From: Chiloscyllium plagiosum
Lineage: Eukaryota
Assembly: GCF_004010195.1 (NCBI RefSeq)
Contig: NC_057718.1
Coordinates: 99,229,430-99,293,429 of the forward strand
Length of the DNA: 64,000 nt
Direction of reading: 5' to 3'
The notes under the pieces were generated by a model. It was given only the letters and a program-made list of their open reading frames with translations. It was not told where the DNA came from and did no database searches. The position numbers were made by a program, and so were the translations under genes. The first letter of the stretch is position 1. Each line of letters starts with the position of its first letter. This document shows positions 48,241-61,337 of the stretch, one piece after another.

Positions 48241-48304
48241 CCTAAGTGGCCCTGATATTGATTCAGTGCTAAATTCCTGTGTCATTTCTTTCTTTATTAT
48301 TCAT

Positions 48305-48815
48305 ACTACAGGAGCTTAGTAAGAAAAGGAGGACATTAAACCCCTTGAACCTGTTCCTCCACTCAGTGAGATCATGGTAACGATCTGATCTGATAATCCT
48401 CAACTCCACTTCCTTGCCGTTTTCCCACAACCTGTGACTTCCTTACTGGTTAAAAATCCATCTGTTTCAGCCTTGAATATACTTAACAACCCAACCCTGA
48501 CAGAACTCCACAGATTCATTCCCCTCTGAGAGAAGAACTTTCTCATCATCTCTGTCCTGAACATATGGCACCTTATTCTAGGAGTATTCCCTCTGGTCCC
48601 AGACTCTCTCTTAAGACTCAACAACCTTTTGGCATCTACCCTGCCAAGCCCCCTAACTATCTTACATGTTTCAATTACTCTCTCCACATCAGAAAATCCC
48701 TGCATATCCAGAATCAACCAAGTGGACCTTCTCTGGACTGCCATGTCAGTATGTCTCCCCTTAGATAAAGAGAAAAGACTGTTCACATTATTCCAGCTGT
48801 GGTCTGACTATTATC
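48305..48815 (-). mobile_element. CR1 LINE 3' fragment
   Basis: IETCKIVRGLGRVDAKRL..ESGTRG..FRTEMMRKFFSQR.MNLW. Confidence 0.8.
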
Positions 48816-48979
48816 TTGGGAAATTCTCACCAACTTTTACTTTTTTGAAGTAAAGGCCAGATTCCCCACCATCCCTGAACTTGGTTGCTAGTACTTTATG
48901 ATTCATGCATGAGGATCCATAAGTCCCTCCCCTTTCGGCAGTCTTCCTCCATTGAAATAACATTCAGCTCTTCCAATCT

Positions 48980-49236
48980 TGTACAACCCCTTCCATGAGG
49001 CAGAAGGTACAAAAGCTCAGACAGCTTCATCGTTATTTGACTCTCTAACTGCAAATACTGTTGACCTTGTCCTCGCGCACCTCCTGGGTACTGTTACCTA
49101 TATGACCCACTGTGTCTAAACACTCTATGATCAGTATGTCCTAGATTACTATGATCTGCCTGTACTGCTCGCCATCAAAACTGTTCACTGCACTTAGGTA
49201 CATGTGACTACAATAAATCAAATCAAATCAAATCAG
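48980..49236 (+). mobile_element. Rex1/Babar-type 3' end with an (AAATC)n tail, nested in old CR1 sequence
   Basis: CAACCCCTTCCATGAGGCAGAAGGTACAAAAG..TTCACTGCACTTAGGTACATGTGACTACAATAAATCAAATC. Confidence 0.7.
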
Positions 49237-51239
49237 TGGAATGCATAACCTCACATTTTTCCACATTATAATTCCACCTGTCAGGTTTTTCCCCATTCAC
49301 TTAACCTGTCCATGTCCATCTGATAACTCCTGTGTCATTCTCACTACTTACCTTCCCATCTATTTTTCTGCTATCTGCAAACTGAGTAATGGTATACAGT
49401 ATTCACTCTCATCATTCCTATATATTGTAAATAACTGATCCCTATTGCATGTTACCATCCTGAAAATACCTCCTTTATCCCAACTGTCTGTCTTCTATTA
49501 GTTAGCCAATCTTATATCTCTGCTGATATAGTACCTGCAACATCATTTTATTAAGCAGCTTAACATGTGGCACCTAATCAATGGTGCGGTAGAAATCCAA
49601 GTAGATTACATCCACTGCTTCCCTTGTACCTTTCCTGCTTGCTACCTGTTGAAAGAATTCATGATCATTTTATCAAGCATGTTGCTCCCTTCATGGACTC
49701 ATACTGACTGCTTGATTATGTATTTATGAATATTTTGCTATTACATCCATTGGAATAAACTCAAATATCTTCCCAAGGATGTTAAGCTAGTTACCTGTTT
49801 ACAGGTTACACCTGTGTTCCTTTACCCAAATTGCAAATACCTGGAAATACATCCCAGTGGATTTAACCAAATCATATTCTAACATTGCTTCCAACAAAAG
49901 TGACTATTCTGCCTCATTGCAATTCCAAGGTGAAACTTGCCGGAAATTTTGATTCATAACTGAGCAAATCTTAAATCCATTATCCTATTGATTCTGAATT
50001 TCACAGTCTCCCATCTCCCAGCAATTAGCTTGAAGTTGAATTTGCCTTAATATACTTCAACACTTCGCAGACATTCTATGAAAACTGTAAATTGAATTTG
50101 GATCGTTTGCTCGCTTTTAAGAAAAGTGATTTATAAAATGATAGAATTCAGTAATGATGTCTAAAAAGCTGCATTCTCATATTATAAACCCTAATAGAAT
50201 CAAAATCAAATATTTTCTTAATGAAATAAGTGAGAAATAAAAGCATGTTGAATTGACTTTAGAGCAGCAAGTGCAGATGGAACATTTTGGGAGTTACGGT
50301 CTTGAGTTTCTGCAGGTGAAAAGATATAAAAATCAAATTTCCATCAATAAAATCAAATTTATCTTTATCTCCGTCGTAATTAACGTTCAGATTTTGCAAG
50401 TTTCCCAATCGACTTCTTTAGTTTTTTCTGTGGGGTGGGTGCAACAGGAACCTATTGAACATCTGCCCATGCAAAGGGGATCTAAAGATGAATTGTTTCC
50501 AGAAAATTCTGATTTCGGCCCCGAGACTATATTATGGGATTCTTCCTAGCTTGTAGCCAGCTTTCAAAAAACTGCAGATGGTGGGGAATAGCCTAATTCC
50601 AATGCCTTTGCCCCCATGCATCCACTGTCTGTTGTCCAGCCTCCTCTCTCTCACACACACACTGCTCCACTTCTTTCAAACCTTATCAATAAGCCAGTGT
50701 CCATTGTCCAGATTCTCATTATAATTTCATTACATTACATAAGCCTCGCTTTCTTCAATTCTTCCAGCTGAATATTGACTTCATGCTTGCTTTTCTAATT
50801 GAATTATAGGAGTCCGGGCTGAATGATTGCACAGTCTCTAGTGCACAGTCAGTGCCTCCCTGGCAGCTAGGAGAACAGTGGCTGAGAGACAGGGTGTTTG
50901 TTGTACCAGCAGGAACAACAGAAAGCTGTCGCCAGACCTTGCCTTGTAGAGAGTGGGAAGTAAACATGTGAAAAAGTGTGCCGCTCACTCCCAGTGCCAG
51001 CTGCTCTCGCCATCTCCCTTTTCACTTCAGAAAGGATTCTGACAAAAGCTGAACTGGACCGACACCTGCCGCAGCTACCCGGGATTTATAGGGCTTAGCT
51101 GTAATGCTTGAACAGGGTTCAACTCAATATGAACCCCGGGCAAACTGTGCTGATAGCTCACGGTAGCTTTAGTGCTTTCTTCGTTGTAAAACCAGGGAGG
51201 AATTTTCAGGAAGCCTCGAATTTAAGGGTAAAATATGGT

Positions 51240-51420
51240 CAGGAAGGCTCAGCTGGTAGTACTCTTGCCTCTGGGTTGGAAGATTTTGGGCTCAAATCCC
51301 ATCTCCGCCACAACAAATACACATCACTCCAGTGAGGGAGTGCTGCATTTTCAGAGGTGCCATCCTTCAATAAGACATTAAACCTCGAGCCTTGTTGCCC
51401 TGTCAGTGGGTGTTAAAGGT
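51240..51420 (+). mobile_element. Deu-domain (SacSINE1/AmnSINE-like) SINE 5' part
   Basis: GGCTCAGCTGGTAG..GGGCTCAAATCCC tRNA-like head, then CTCCAGTGAGGGAGTGCTGCA..CAGAGGTGCCATC..AGACATTAAACC. Confidence 0.6.
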
Positions 51421-51428
51421 AGTGAAGA

Positions 51429-51756
51429 AGGTGGCTTGGGGGTTCAGTTGTTAGCACTGCTGCCTCACAGCGCCAGGGCCCTGGGTCCGATTCTAGCCTC
51501 GGGCTACTGTCTGTGTGGAGTTTGCACATTCTCCCTGTGTCTATGTGGGTTTCCTCTGGGTGCTCCAGTTTCCTTCCAGATGTGTAGGTTAGATGAATTG
51601 GCCACGCTAAATTGTCCATGGTGATCAGGGATGTGTAGGTTAGGTGCATTAGTTGGGGGTAAGCTTAGGGAAGTGAGTCTGGGTGGGTTACTCTTCGGAG
51701 GGTCAGTGTGGACTTGCTGGGCCGAAGGGCCTGTTTCCACACTGTAGGGATTCTAT
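51429..51756 (+). mobile_element. HE1-like SINE
   Basis: Head, central domain and GGGCCGAAGGGCCTGTTTCCACACTGTAGGGATTCTATG tail. Confidence 0.9.
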
Positions 51757-51769
51757 GAAGAAGATGGTG

Positions 51770-52870
51770 GTTATAGAGATCCACAGCATGGAAAAAGACC
51801 CTTCGGCCCATGGTACCCACACCGGTCAAAACCAACCACCTAATTATTTGAATCGCATTTCCCAGCATTTGGCCCACACAGGGTGTGTGATGCACATCTA
51901 AATAGTTTGAGTCATGAAGTCATACAGTACAAAAACTTCAGTCCAACCAGTCCATGCTGACCATAACCCCAAACTAAACTAGTCCCACCTGCCTGCTCCC
52001 GGCCTATATCCCTCCAAACCTTTCCTATTCATGCACTTATCCAAATGTCTTTTAAATGCTGTAATTGTACCCAACATCCACCACTTCCTCAGGAAGTTCA
52101 TTCCACACTCAAACCACCGTCTGTGAAAAACATTTGACCCTCATGTCTTTTTAAAATCTCTCTCCTCTGTCTTTAGTCTTGAAAATAACACTATCATTAG
52201 CTCTAACTATATCCTTCATTATTTTATAAACTATTTAGGTCACCTCTCAACATGTTATGCTCCAGTGAAAAACGTCCTAGCTTATCCAGCCTTTCTTTAT
52301 AACTCAACCCCTCCATACCCAGCAACATCCTGGTAAATCTCTTCTGAACCCTCTCCAGCTTAATAATATCCTTCCTATAACTGGGCAACCAGAACTGGAC
52401 ATAGTATTCCAGAACCTTCAATGATATAAGGGTTTCTGCTTCCACCACCTTAAGTGAGCTCCAGATTCCCATCATCCTCTGGGGTCAAAAACTATTTCCT
52501 CACATCTCCTCTAAACATTCTATGCCTTACCTCAAGTCTGTGCCACTGGTTATTGATCCCACAATCAAGGTAAAAGGTTTCTTCCTGTCTATCCTTTCAA
52601 TCATGTCTCCTCTCTATCTCCTCCACACTAAGGAAAGCAATCCCAGTTTGTCCAATCTCCCTTCATAACTGAAACTCACCAGCTCAGAAGACATTCTGGT
52701 AAATCTTTGCACCCTCTCTAGTGCTTTCAATCCCTCCCACACAATACTCTAGCTGTGCTTAACCAACATTTTATATAGTTCCAGCATAACCTCCCTGTTT
52801 TTAATCTCTGTTCCTGGGTTAATAAAGGCAAGTGTCCCACATGGATTCTGAACCACTTTATTCACCTGTT
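51770..52870 (-). mobile_element. Nested CR1 LINE fragments
   Basis: LEYYVQFWLPSYRKDIIKLERVQKRFTRMLLGMEGLSYKERLDKLG.FSLE..LRGDL, sitting inside an older CR1. Confidence 0.85.
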
Positions 52871-52881
52871 CTGATACCTTA

Positions 52882-53319
52882 ATGTGAAGATGCTGTTGTT
52901 GAATTGGGGGTGGACAAAGTCAAAAGTCAAGATTAGACTGGGGCTGGAAAAGCACAGCAGGTCAGGCAGCATCCGAGGAGCAGGAAAATCGACATTTCGG
53001 GCAAAAGCTCTTCATCACGAAACCCGAAACCATTCCTGATGAAGGGCTTCATCAGGAATGCTCGAAACATCGATTTTCCTGCTCCTCGGATGCTGCCTGA
53101 CCTGCTGTGCTTTTCCAGCACCACTCTAATCTAGACTCTAATCTCCAACATCTACAGTACCCACCTCCCCAAAGTCAAAAGTCACACAACACCAACTTCT
53201 AGTTCAATAGGTTTATTTAAAATTACAAACTTTCGGAGGTGATGAAGGGACAGTGCTCTGAAAGCTTGACATTTTAAATAGATTTATTGGAATATAATCT
53301 GGTGTTGTGTGATTTTCGA
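52882..53319. mobile_element. PLE family B inverted dimer (TSD CTGATACCTTA) containing a family A inverted dimer (TSD CAAAGTCAAAAGTCA)
   Basis: Outer TSD at 52871-52881 and 53320-53330; inner TSD at 52915-52929 and 53170-53184. Confidence 0.85.
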
Positions 53320-53330
53320 CTGATACCTTA

Positions 53331-54260
53331 TTGATTGATGAATTGATTGATTGATTGACACGTGTACCGAAGTACAGTGAAAGGCTTTGTTTATGAGCAC
53401 TACAGGTAGATTGTACTCAGCAAGGATGTACAGATCAGAGACACCTAGACAGAGGTATACAGATTATATTGCACAGGGCGTGCACTAGGGGAGATCAGCG
53501 TTAGCAAGGTCAGTGTTATTTGAGGCTGAAGAGTCCGTTCATCAATAACGGCTGGAAAGAAGCTGTTCCTGAATGTGTAGGTGCACGTGTTCAGGCTTCT
53601 GTAACTTCTGCCTGATGGGAGAGGTTGTAGGAGATGATTGCCGGGGTGGAGGGTCTTTGATGTTGGCAGCCTTTCTGCAGCAGTGAGCTGTGTAAATGGA
53701 GTCCATGGATGGGAAGGTTGGCTTCCAGGATGGTCTGGGCTGTGCACACCATCCTCTGTAGTTTCTCACAGTCCTAGGCAGCCATTATGCTCCCGGACAG
53801 TATGCTCTCAGTGGTGCATCGGTAAAGATAGTGAGGGTCCTTATGGATATGCTGAATTTCCTGAGCTGCCTGAGGAAGTAGAAGTATTATTGTGTCTTCT
53901 TGAGCGTCACATGTACATGGGAGATCCAGGACAGATTGTCGGCTATTGTCAGTTGGAGGAACTTGACACTCTGTACCCTCTCCACCTCCATTCCGTTGAT
54001 GTAGTTAGGCGTGTGTTCTCCTCCTTTCTTTCTGAAGTCAATGATCAGCTCTTTAGTTTTGCCGACATTGAGAGAGAAGTTGTTCTCATTGCACCACATT
54101 ACCAAGCCTTCTATCTCCCTTCTGTATTTTGACTCATTGTTGTTAGATATCCGTCCTATTACAGTGGGGTCATCAGCGAACTTGTAGATGGCATACATTC
54201 GGAATTTGGCAACACAGTTGTGGGTGTACAGAAAGTATATCAGGGACCAGGGTACATGTA
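53331..54260 (-). mobile_element. Rex1/Babar LINE 3' fragment (RT), (TCAA)n tail
   Basis: IYKFADDPTVIGRISNNNESKYRREIEGLVMWCNENNFSLNVGKTKELIIDFRKK. Confidence 0.9.
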
Positions 54261-54569
54261 CACCACCTTTCTGCTTGCTTAAGAAACAACATTCCTTAAG
54301 CTTTGTGTATTTGCATATATATCCTTTCTGAGCAAATTAAAATGATCAAACTGCACAGAACAGAAATTGGAAATGCAAAGAAAGATGTCACAGTGGGTTA
54401 TCCTGAGGGGCTGAATGGCCTCTGCTAAAGCTAGCAATGGTAACCCATTCTTCATTGGAGGCTGACCAATCCTGGGGGGGGCATCTCGTCCCAGTCTTAT
54501 TCGATTCTTGTTAAGCTTCTTAAATTGAGTGAAAGAGGAGACCAAAACGTTAATCCTTTTGTTACTCAC

Positions 54570-54928
54570 CTATGGGAATGGGCATCACTGGCTGAGCCCA
54601 GCATTTATTGCCCATCCCTAGTTGCCCTTGAGAAGGTGGGGGTGAGCTGCCTTCTTGAATCGCTGCAGTCCGTGTGCTGTTGGTAGACCCACACTGCCCT
54701 TTGGGAGGGAATCCAGGATTTTAATGTGGTGATACTGAAGGAACAGTGATATATTTCGGAGTCAGGATGGTGACTGGCTTGGAGGGGAACTTGCAGAAGG
54801 TGGTATTGCCTTGGATTTGCTGCCCTTGTTCTTCTAGGTGGAAGTGGTTGTGGGTTTGGAAGGTGCTGTCTGAGGATCTTTGGTGAATTTTGGCAGTGCA
54901 TCTGCTGCTACTGAACATGGGTGGTAGA
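54570..54928 (-). mobile_element. L2/CR1-group LINE 3' end
   Basis: MHCQNSPKILRQHLPNPQPLPPRRTRAA; same family as 4655-5120. Confidence 0.8.
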
Positions 54929-55590
54929 TCATAATTTGGGTAAATCCAATTAACAAACTGGCAAATGAACCACCCCTCAAAGAAACAAGTGTCTTTTTAT
55001 ACTGTTTTGATTAAATTAGCCAAACAAATGAAACCAACTCATTATCAGTCCCTTAGAGGGACCCTCCATCGAGTAAATCAAACCATCAAATTAACAATTG
55101 ACTAATGAACCATCCCTTAAAATGGAATTGTGCAAAAAACAGAAAATGTAGAGAAAGTTATAAAGAAAATAAATTGAAATAAAGTTATCAGGGATATCCA
55201 CAGCCCCTCTGATTCCATCATGAAGGGCACCAGGTGTTCCCTATTCAAGGACATCTAAGCCTCACCATAGCAATGTAAGAAGGACAGGTAGTTGGATCAA
55301 ATGACCGTCTCAACCACCCATCATCTGGCCTAGAAGGCTGGATGCAGGTTTGTTATGACACCAATAGCATGGGTTCAATTCCCACATTAGCTGAGGTTAC
55401 CATGACACAGGACTTCCCTTCTCAACCTCTTGCCCTTGCCTGAGGTGTGGGGACCCTCAGGTTAAACCACCACCAGTCATCTCTCTCTCTCTGATGAGAG
55501 AGCAGCCTTATGGTCCACTAGGACTATGGCAAGTTTATTGCCCAGACCCAGAAGCAGATGAACAAAGTGGAGGTCAATCTTTATACTCTA

Positions 55591-55854
55591 ATCATGGAAT
55601 CCCTACAGTATGAAGCAGGCCATTTGGCCAACATCACCCATCCCCTCCCCATAGCATCCCATCCAGAGCCACACCCCTAACCCTGTACTCCCATTAGTGA
55701 ATCCACCCTAACCTGCACATTTTTGGATTGTGTGAGGAAACCCACATAGACATGGAGAGAATGTGCAAACGCCACACACAGTTTGCCTGCGGCTGGAATC
55801 GAACGTGGGTCCATGGTGCCGTGAGGCAGCAGTGCTAATAACTGAGCCACCATG
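55591..55854 (-). mobile_element. HE1-like SINE
   Basis: GAATCCCTACAGT..GTGAGGCAGCAGTGCTAA..CTGAGCCACCATG. Confidence 0.85.
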
Positions 55855-56489
55855 ATGTGTTCATTAAAGGAACAAGTTGACTGTTCCCTGAAGACTTTCT
55901 TTGTTCTCCTTTGAGTAAATGAGAAACAATTGAGTAAATTATCCAACTGACTGCCCCTTGAGGGGTCACTGTAATAAAAACAACTTCTATAAACCTTATC
56001 AAATTAAATGTAACTATTTTAAGTGGGAGAAGATGAATCACAGCCCCTATGGTGCCTATCAATTTTTATGTGTGTTGGTAACTAGCCAATGTGTGTTGTG
56101 CATCTCTATACAATTAACCTGAGCGTCTTTGAGTTTCTCAAAGTATCATGTGGGAAAGTGGGCTCTGGTTCTTGGGGTACTGGCACCAGGGTTTACTCCC
56201 TGTTTCAATGGTCTCCATTTGTACTCTACCACTGTTTTGGTGAGCCGCAGAACTAGGGAAAAAGAAAGGGTTTCAAACCAAATAGGTGAGCCGAGGGATC
56301 AAATTGGTGAAGAAGTGGCCAATCAAAGAATAGACACAAGACAAAAGAGCAAAAGGTATTAATACGGGAAATAATAAACAAAGCTGTTTATTCCAGACTA
56401 ATAGATGAATGGGCGAATTGTATTCTGTGGAACATTTGGACGAGCTACATTATATTTAGAGGAATTTGGAAGGATAAGGGGTAACTTAA

Positions 56490-57247
56490 TTGCAATATAT
56501 CTCCATGTACAGCGCATCATCCGCTGTCATTTCCGCCACCTCCAAACGGACCCCACCACCAAGGATATATTTCCCTCCCCTCCCCATCAGCATTCCGTAA
56601 AGACCACTCCCTCCGTGACTCCCTTGTCAGATCCACACCCCCCACCGACCCAACCTCCACTCCCGGCACCTTCCCCTGCAACCACAGGAGGTGCAAGACT
56701 TGCGCCCACACCTCCCCCCTCACCTCCCTCCAAGGCCCCAAAGGAAACTTCCATATCCGCCACAGATCCACCTGCACCTCCACACACATCATCTATTGCA
56801 TCCTCTGCACCCGATGTAGCCTCCTCTATATTGGGGAGGTTCCTAGGTGGAAGATGAGGCGTTCTTCCTCCAACCGTCGTTTTGTTGTGGTCTGACCAGT
56901 TTCCTCATTTCCCCTCCCCCCCCCTTGTCTCAGTCAAATCCATCGAATTCAGCACCGCCTTCCTAACCTGCAATCTTCTTCCCGACCTCTCCGCCCCCAC
57001 CCCAGTCTGACCTATCACCCTCACCTTGACCTCTTTCCACCTATCACATTTCCGACGCCCCTTCCCCAAGTCCCTCCTCCCTACCTTTTATCTTAGCCTG
57101 CTGGACAAACTTTCCTCATTCCTGAAGAAGGGCTTATGCCCGAAACGTCGATTCTCCTGCTCCTTGGATGCTGCCTGACCTGCTGCGCTTTTCCAGCAAC
57201 ACATTTTCAGCTCTGATCTCCAGCATCTGCAGACCTCACTTTCTCCT
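56490..57247 (+). mobile_element. PLE with GIY-YIG-region fragment, a short internal inversion (about 56840-56895) and an intact 3' end with hammerhead at 57122-57149
   Basis: LHVQRIIRCHFRHLQTDPTTKDIFPSPP..; GTFPCNHRRCKTC..TCTSTHIIYCILCTRCSLLYIG; tail CCAGCATCTGCAGACCTCACTTTCTCC. Confidence 0.9.
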
Positions 57248-58075
57248 GCAATGTATGAGATGCAGGGGAGTGCTGACAGCATAGATGTGGAGAGGATGTT
57301 TCTTCCTGTGGGAGAATCTAGACCCAGGAACACGATTGAAATAAAGGACTCCCCATTTAAGACAAAGATGAGGTAGACATTTATCTCACAGACGAGTGTG
57401 AGTCTTTAGAACATTCTTACGGAAATAGATGATGGAAGGAAAGCCTTTAAACAGATTCTTGAAACAAGGGGGGGGTGAAAGATTATCACTGTTGGCAAGA
57501 TTTTGAGGGTAAAATCAGATTTTTAAAGATTCTTCCATGTGGTCTTAATTGGCGAGGTTCCTAATTACTCAGTGAAATGAGTTTCTCACTCAGGCCGTTT
57601 ACGAAGGTCATTAAGAGTCATCACATTGCTCTGGGCCTGGAATCACATGTCGTCGAAAAGTGTGGTGCTGGAAAAGCACAGCAGGTCAGGCAGCATCCGA
57701 GGAGCAGGAGAATGGACATTTCAGGAATTGATGAAGGTATGGAATCACAAGTAGGCCAGACCACATAAGGATGGCAGATTACCTCCCTGAATCAGTTGGG
57801 TTTTATTTGAGAGGGATGATATGAACACCATTAGGCTAGCTCTTGTTTTTAAACTGTACATTTCTATTGAGTTTAGATACATCATCTCCATGGTGAGATT
57901 TGAACTCATGAGTCCAACACATCAGCCTCTCCATTATTATTTTAGTGAAATTGCCACCTTGCTGCTGTCTCGCCAGAGCAGCTGTGATTTACCAAGCAGT
58001 GGAACAGGCTTGAGGGACTGAATGATCTTGTCCTGCTCCTAGTTCAGGTCTGTGTACTGCCATGCCTGATAGGGT

Positions 58076-58680
58076 GGAGACAAAACAAACTGCAGATGTT
58101 GGAATCCAAAGTGGACAGGCAGGAGGCTGGCAGAACACAGCAAGCCAGGCAGCATCAGGAGGTGGAGAAGTCGATGTTTCGGGTGTAATCCTTCTTCAGG
58201 ACTGGGGGCTGGGTGTAGGGGGAGACGGAGGCAGGGTGGTGAGGTGGGGGATAGGTGAAGACAGATAGAGGGTGTGTCCTGGTTTGTCAATGGGAGGAAT
58301 GAATCCATTTGGTGACTAGGAGGAGTGGAAGGGAGGGGGAGGGGCTGGGAAGGGAGTTGGGGGATGGGAAGGGAGGTTATTTGAAATTGGTGAACTCTTC
58401 CCGCCTCAGGCGACTGTCTGTGTGGAGTTTGCACATTCTCCCCGCGTCTGCGTGCTCTGGTTTCCTCCCACAATCCAAAAATGTGCAGATTAGATGAATT
58501 GCCCATAGTGTTACGTGAAGGGGTAAATGTAGGGGAATGGGTCTGGGTGGGTGCGCTTCGGCGGGTCGGTGTGGACTTATTGGGCCGAAGGGCCTGTTTC
58601 CACACTGTAAGTAATCTAATCTAATCTAATCTAATTTAATCTAATCTAATCAATGTTGAGTCCTCTGGGCTATAGGATGA
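58076..58680 (-). mobile_element. PLE 3' fragment interrupted by a 5'-truncated HE1-like SINE (58398-58651, + strand, (TAATC)n tail)
   Basis: PLE terminus GAGACAAAACAAACTGCAGATG; hammerhead-like reverse complement AGTC-CTGAAGA..GAAA-CA-TC-GACT at 58169-58203. Confidence 0.85.
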
Positions 58681-58750
58681 TGCACTGGAAATCAAGCCAA
58701 GCTATTCCCAAGTCATCACAAAAGTTAAAGATTTTGTAAAAGGCGTCTTT

Positions 58751-59086
58751 GAATCCCAACAGGGTGAAAGCAGGCCATTCAGCCCACTGAGTCCACACTG
58801 ACCCTCCGAAGAGCATCCCACCCAGACCCACCACCCACTATCCCCATAACCCCACATGTTTCCCAGGGATAACCCAGCTAGCCTGCACATCCCTGTACAC
58901 TTCGGGCAATTTAGCATGGCCAATCCCCCTAATCTGCACATCTTTGGGCTGTGGGAGGAAACCGGAGCATCTAGAGGAAACCCACGCAGACACAGGGAGG
59001 ATGTGCAAACTCCATGAAGACACTCAGAACCAAACCTGGGTTCCCTGTGAGGCAGTAGTGCTAAGCACTGAGCCATTGTGCCACCC
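58751..59086 (-). mobile_element. HE1-like SINE
   Basis: GTCCACACTGACCCTCCGAAGAGCATCCC..CACTGAGCCATTGTGCCACCC. Confidence 0.9.
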
Positions 59087-60911
59087 AGTTTGACAGAAAG
59101 CGTGGACTGGGATTCTGTACTTAACAAGAATCACTATTCATTACAAAAGAAATGGATTTCAATGACAGTTACGCCATGTGACCATTGACGTGTAATCCTA
59201 CCAGTTAAAACTCCAACCTCTTATAAAACTCTCCCTCCACACACATACTCTCTCCAGACACAGGAATCATGGATAACATGGACGGAGAGAAAGACTGAGA
59301 AGACAGTTCATGACCACAGGCCTCACTGGGGTGATCCCTTGTCAGGTCCTACTGCCCTTTGATCTTCCTTTGCCAGACACTTTCACTTGTTTATAGGTGG
59401 CACAAGGTGACTGCTTCCCATGTGTAACACCTTTGACGTATTGGTTAAGAGCCATTGCTTATGGTGACTGATGAGGGAAGACAAATCAGTTTTCTTTGGG
59501 ATTGGGGGGCTTTTTAACGGCAGAGAGAAGGGCATCTTCTTCCTCTTTGGAGGTTCAATGGCTTCTGGCTATTCATTCACGTCCACAAGCTGCTCAGCTA
59601 TTTGGGAGCCAAACACACAGTCATTGGAAGGTGGAAGAACTTTGTCATCATTCCAATAACCAATCAACTCCTTGTTGCCTGCCGAAACTCCCTTCATACC
59701 CCCCTAGCCTGCCTCCAACTAGATATCCCTCCACTGCTTAAACAAACAGCAGTGTAAACAACACTTACAATGAGTGCTTGTTTTTAAAACACAACTGGTT
59801 GGAATTAGGAAAAGGTAAGATATATATGTATATGCAGAAAATGGGGGAGATGTGTGTAAGGGAGGAGTAAACAATGGGTGGAGGTGGAGCCCAGACAGAG
59901 TGCGAGAGAGAGAGAACAGAAATCGGTCAGATAATGTTGAGCCTGGGAGAAAGAATAGCTGCTGTTGGGGCTATTAGTAAGTGAAACCGAATTGGCTGTT
60001 TTGCAAGCAGCTGTGTGATAGGGTGTGGGGGTGGGGCAAGGACATGGAAGAATTATAATTATTAAAATTGCCAACGTTGTCCTGGCTGAAAACAATTCTG
60101 AAGAAGAGTTGCGGGATCCAAAATGGCGACTCTGGTTTCTTTCACAACACTACCTGACCTGTTGGCTTTCTCCAACAATTTCACCATAACTTACATCACT
60201 TTAACAGATGTTTTGATTTTGCTTTTTAATCAAAGTTAACAAATAGTATTCACAAATGATGCTTCAAATCAAACTAATGAAAAGCATGCTTTTCATTAAA
60301 CTCCGTAAAGCAGGATATTACGAGAAAACTTTCTTCCAGGACCAATCGCTAATCTTTTATGTCAAGCATTTCAGCTACTCCATGGACAACTGTCAATTGT
60401 CTTTTTGATGAAGTTCCTTTTTCATAAAGCCGGTTAATCAAAGGAATATTGGAATTTTGTTAAAACCTGATACTAGCTGACAAGAATAATTGCTTGTGTT
60501 TAGAAAGTGTGTTTGACATAGAGAAAGGAATGCTTCATAACTCTAACCTCAGTCCACATTTGGTTGGCTGGTTGCAGACCAGGACCAGATGTGACATCAG
60601 CACTGCTCCTTGATTTGGTAAGGAAGAAATCAGTCAGCATTTCACTCAGATGGTAACGCCTGTGTTTGTGTGAAAGCGGGTGAGGACAAGATTAAACTCC
60701 CCTGGCAGAGTGCCGTTCACTGTTGAGACACTGATACTGACTGAGGTTAAGGACCAGGTAAACAAACCTGTGAGGCTATATCCATGGTGGGCTAGAACTC
60801 AGGAGGAGAAAATAATAAGAAAGGAAACAATTGTGTCAGACATTGATCATGAGCTAATTTCAATTTATCTTCTGATGGAAGGATATTTCACTTGTTTTGA
60901 CTGGGCCTTAG

Positions 60912-61202
60912 GATTAGATTCCCTACAGGGTGGAAACAGGCCCTTCAGCCCAACAAGTCCACACCGACCCTCCGAAGAGTAACCCACCCAGACCCATTTC
61001 CCAGCGAATGATGCACCTAACTCTATGGGCAATTTAGCGTGGCCAATCCACCCTAACCTGCACATGTTTGTATTGTGGGAGGAAATGAACGCAGACACGG
61101 GGAGAATGTGCAAACTCCACACAGTCACCCTAGGCTGGAATCGAACCCGGGTCTCTGGCATTGTGATGCAGCAGTGCTAACCACTGAGCCACCGTGCCAC
61201 CT
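60912..61202 (-). mobile_element. HE1-like SINE
   Basis: ATTCCCTACAGGGTGGAAACAGGCCC..CTAACCACTGAGCCACCGTGCCACC. Confidence 0.9.
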
Positions 61203-61337
61203 CAATGACATGGCCATTTAAAGCACATACAGTACGCTTCCCACAGAGGCTGGCTTATGGCGTAGGTGTGGCATTGACACAACACAGTGCCATAGAGAAA
61301 TATGATCTCGACATCAGGGCAAGACTTACACAGTTAA

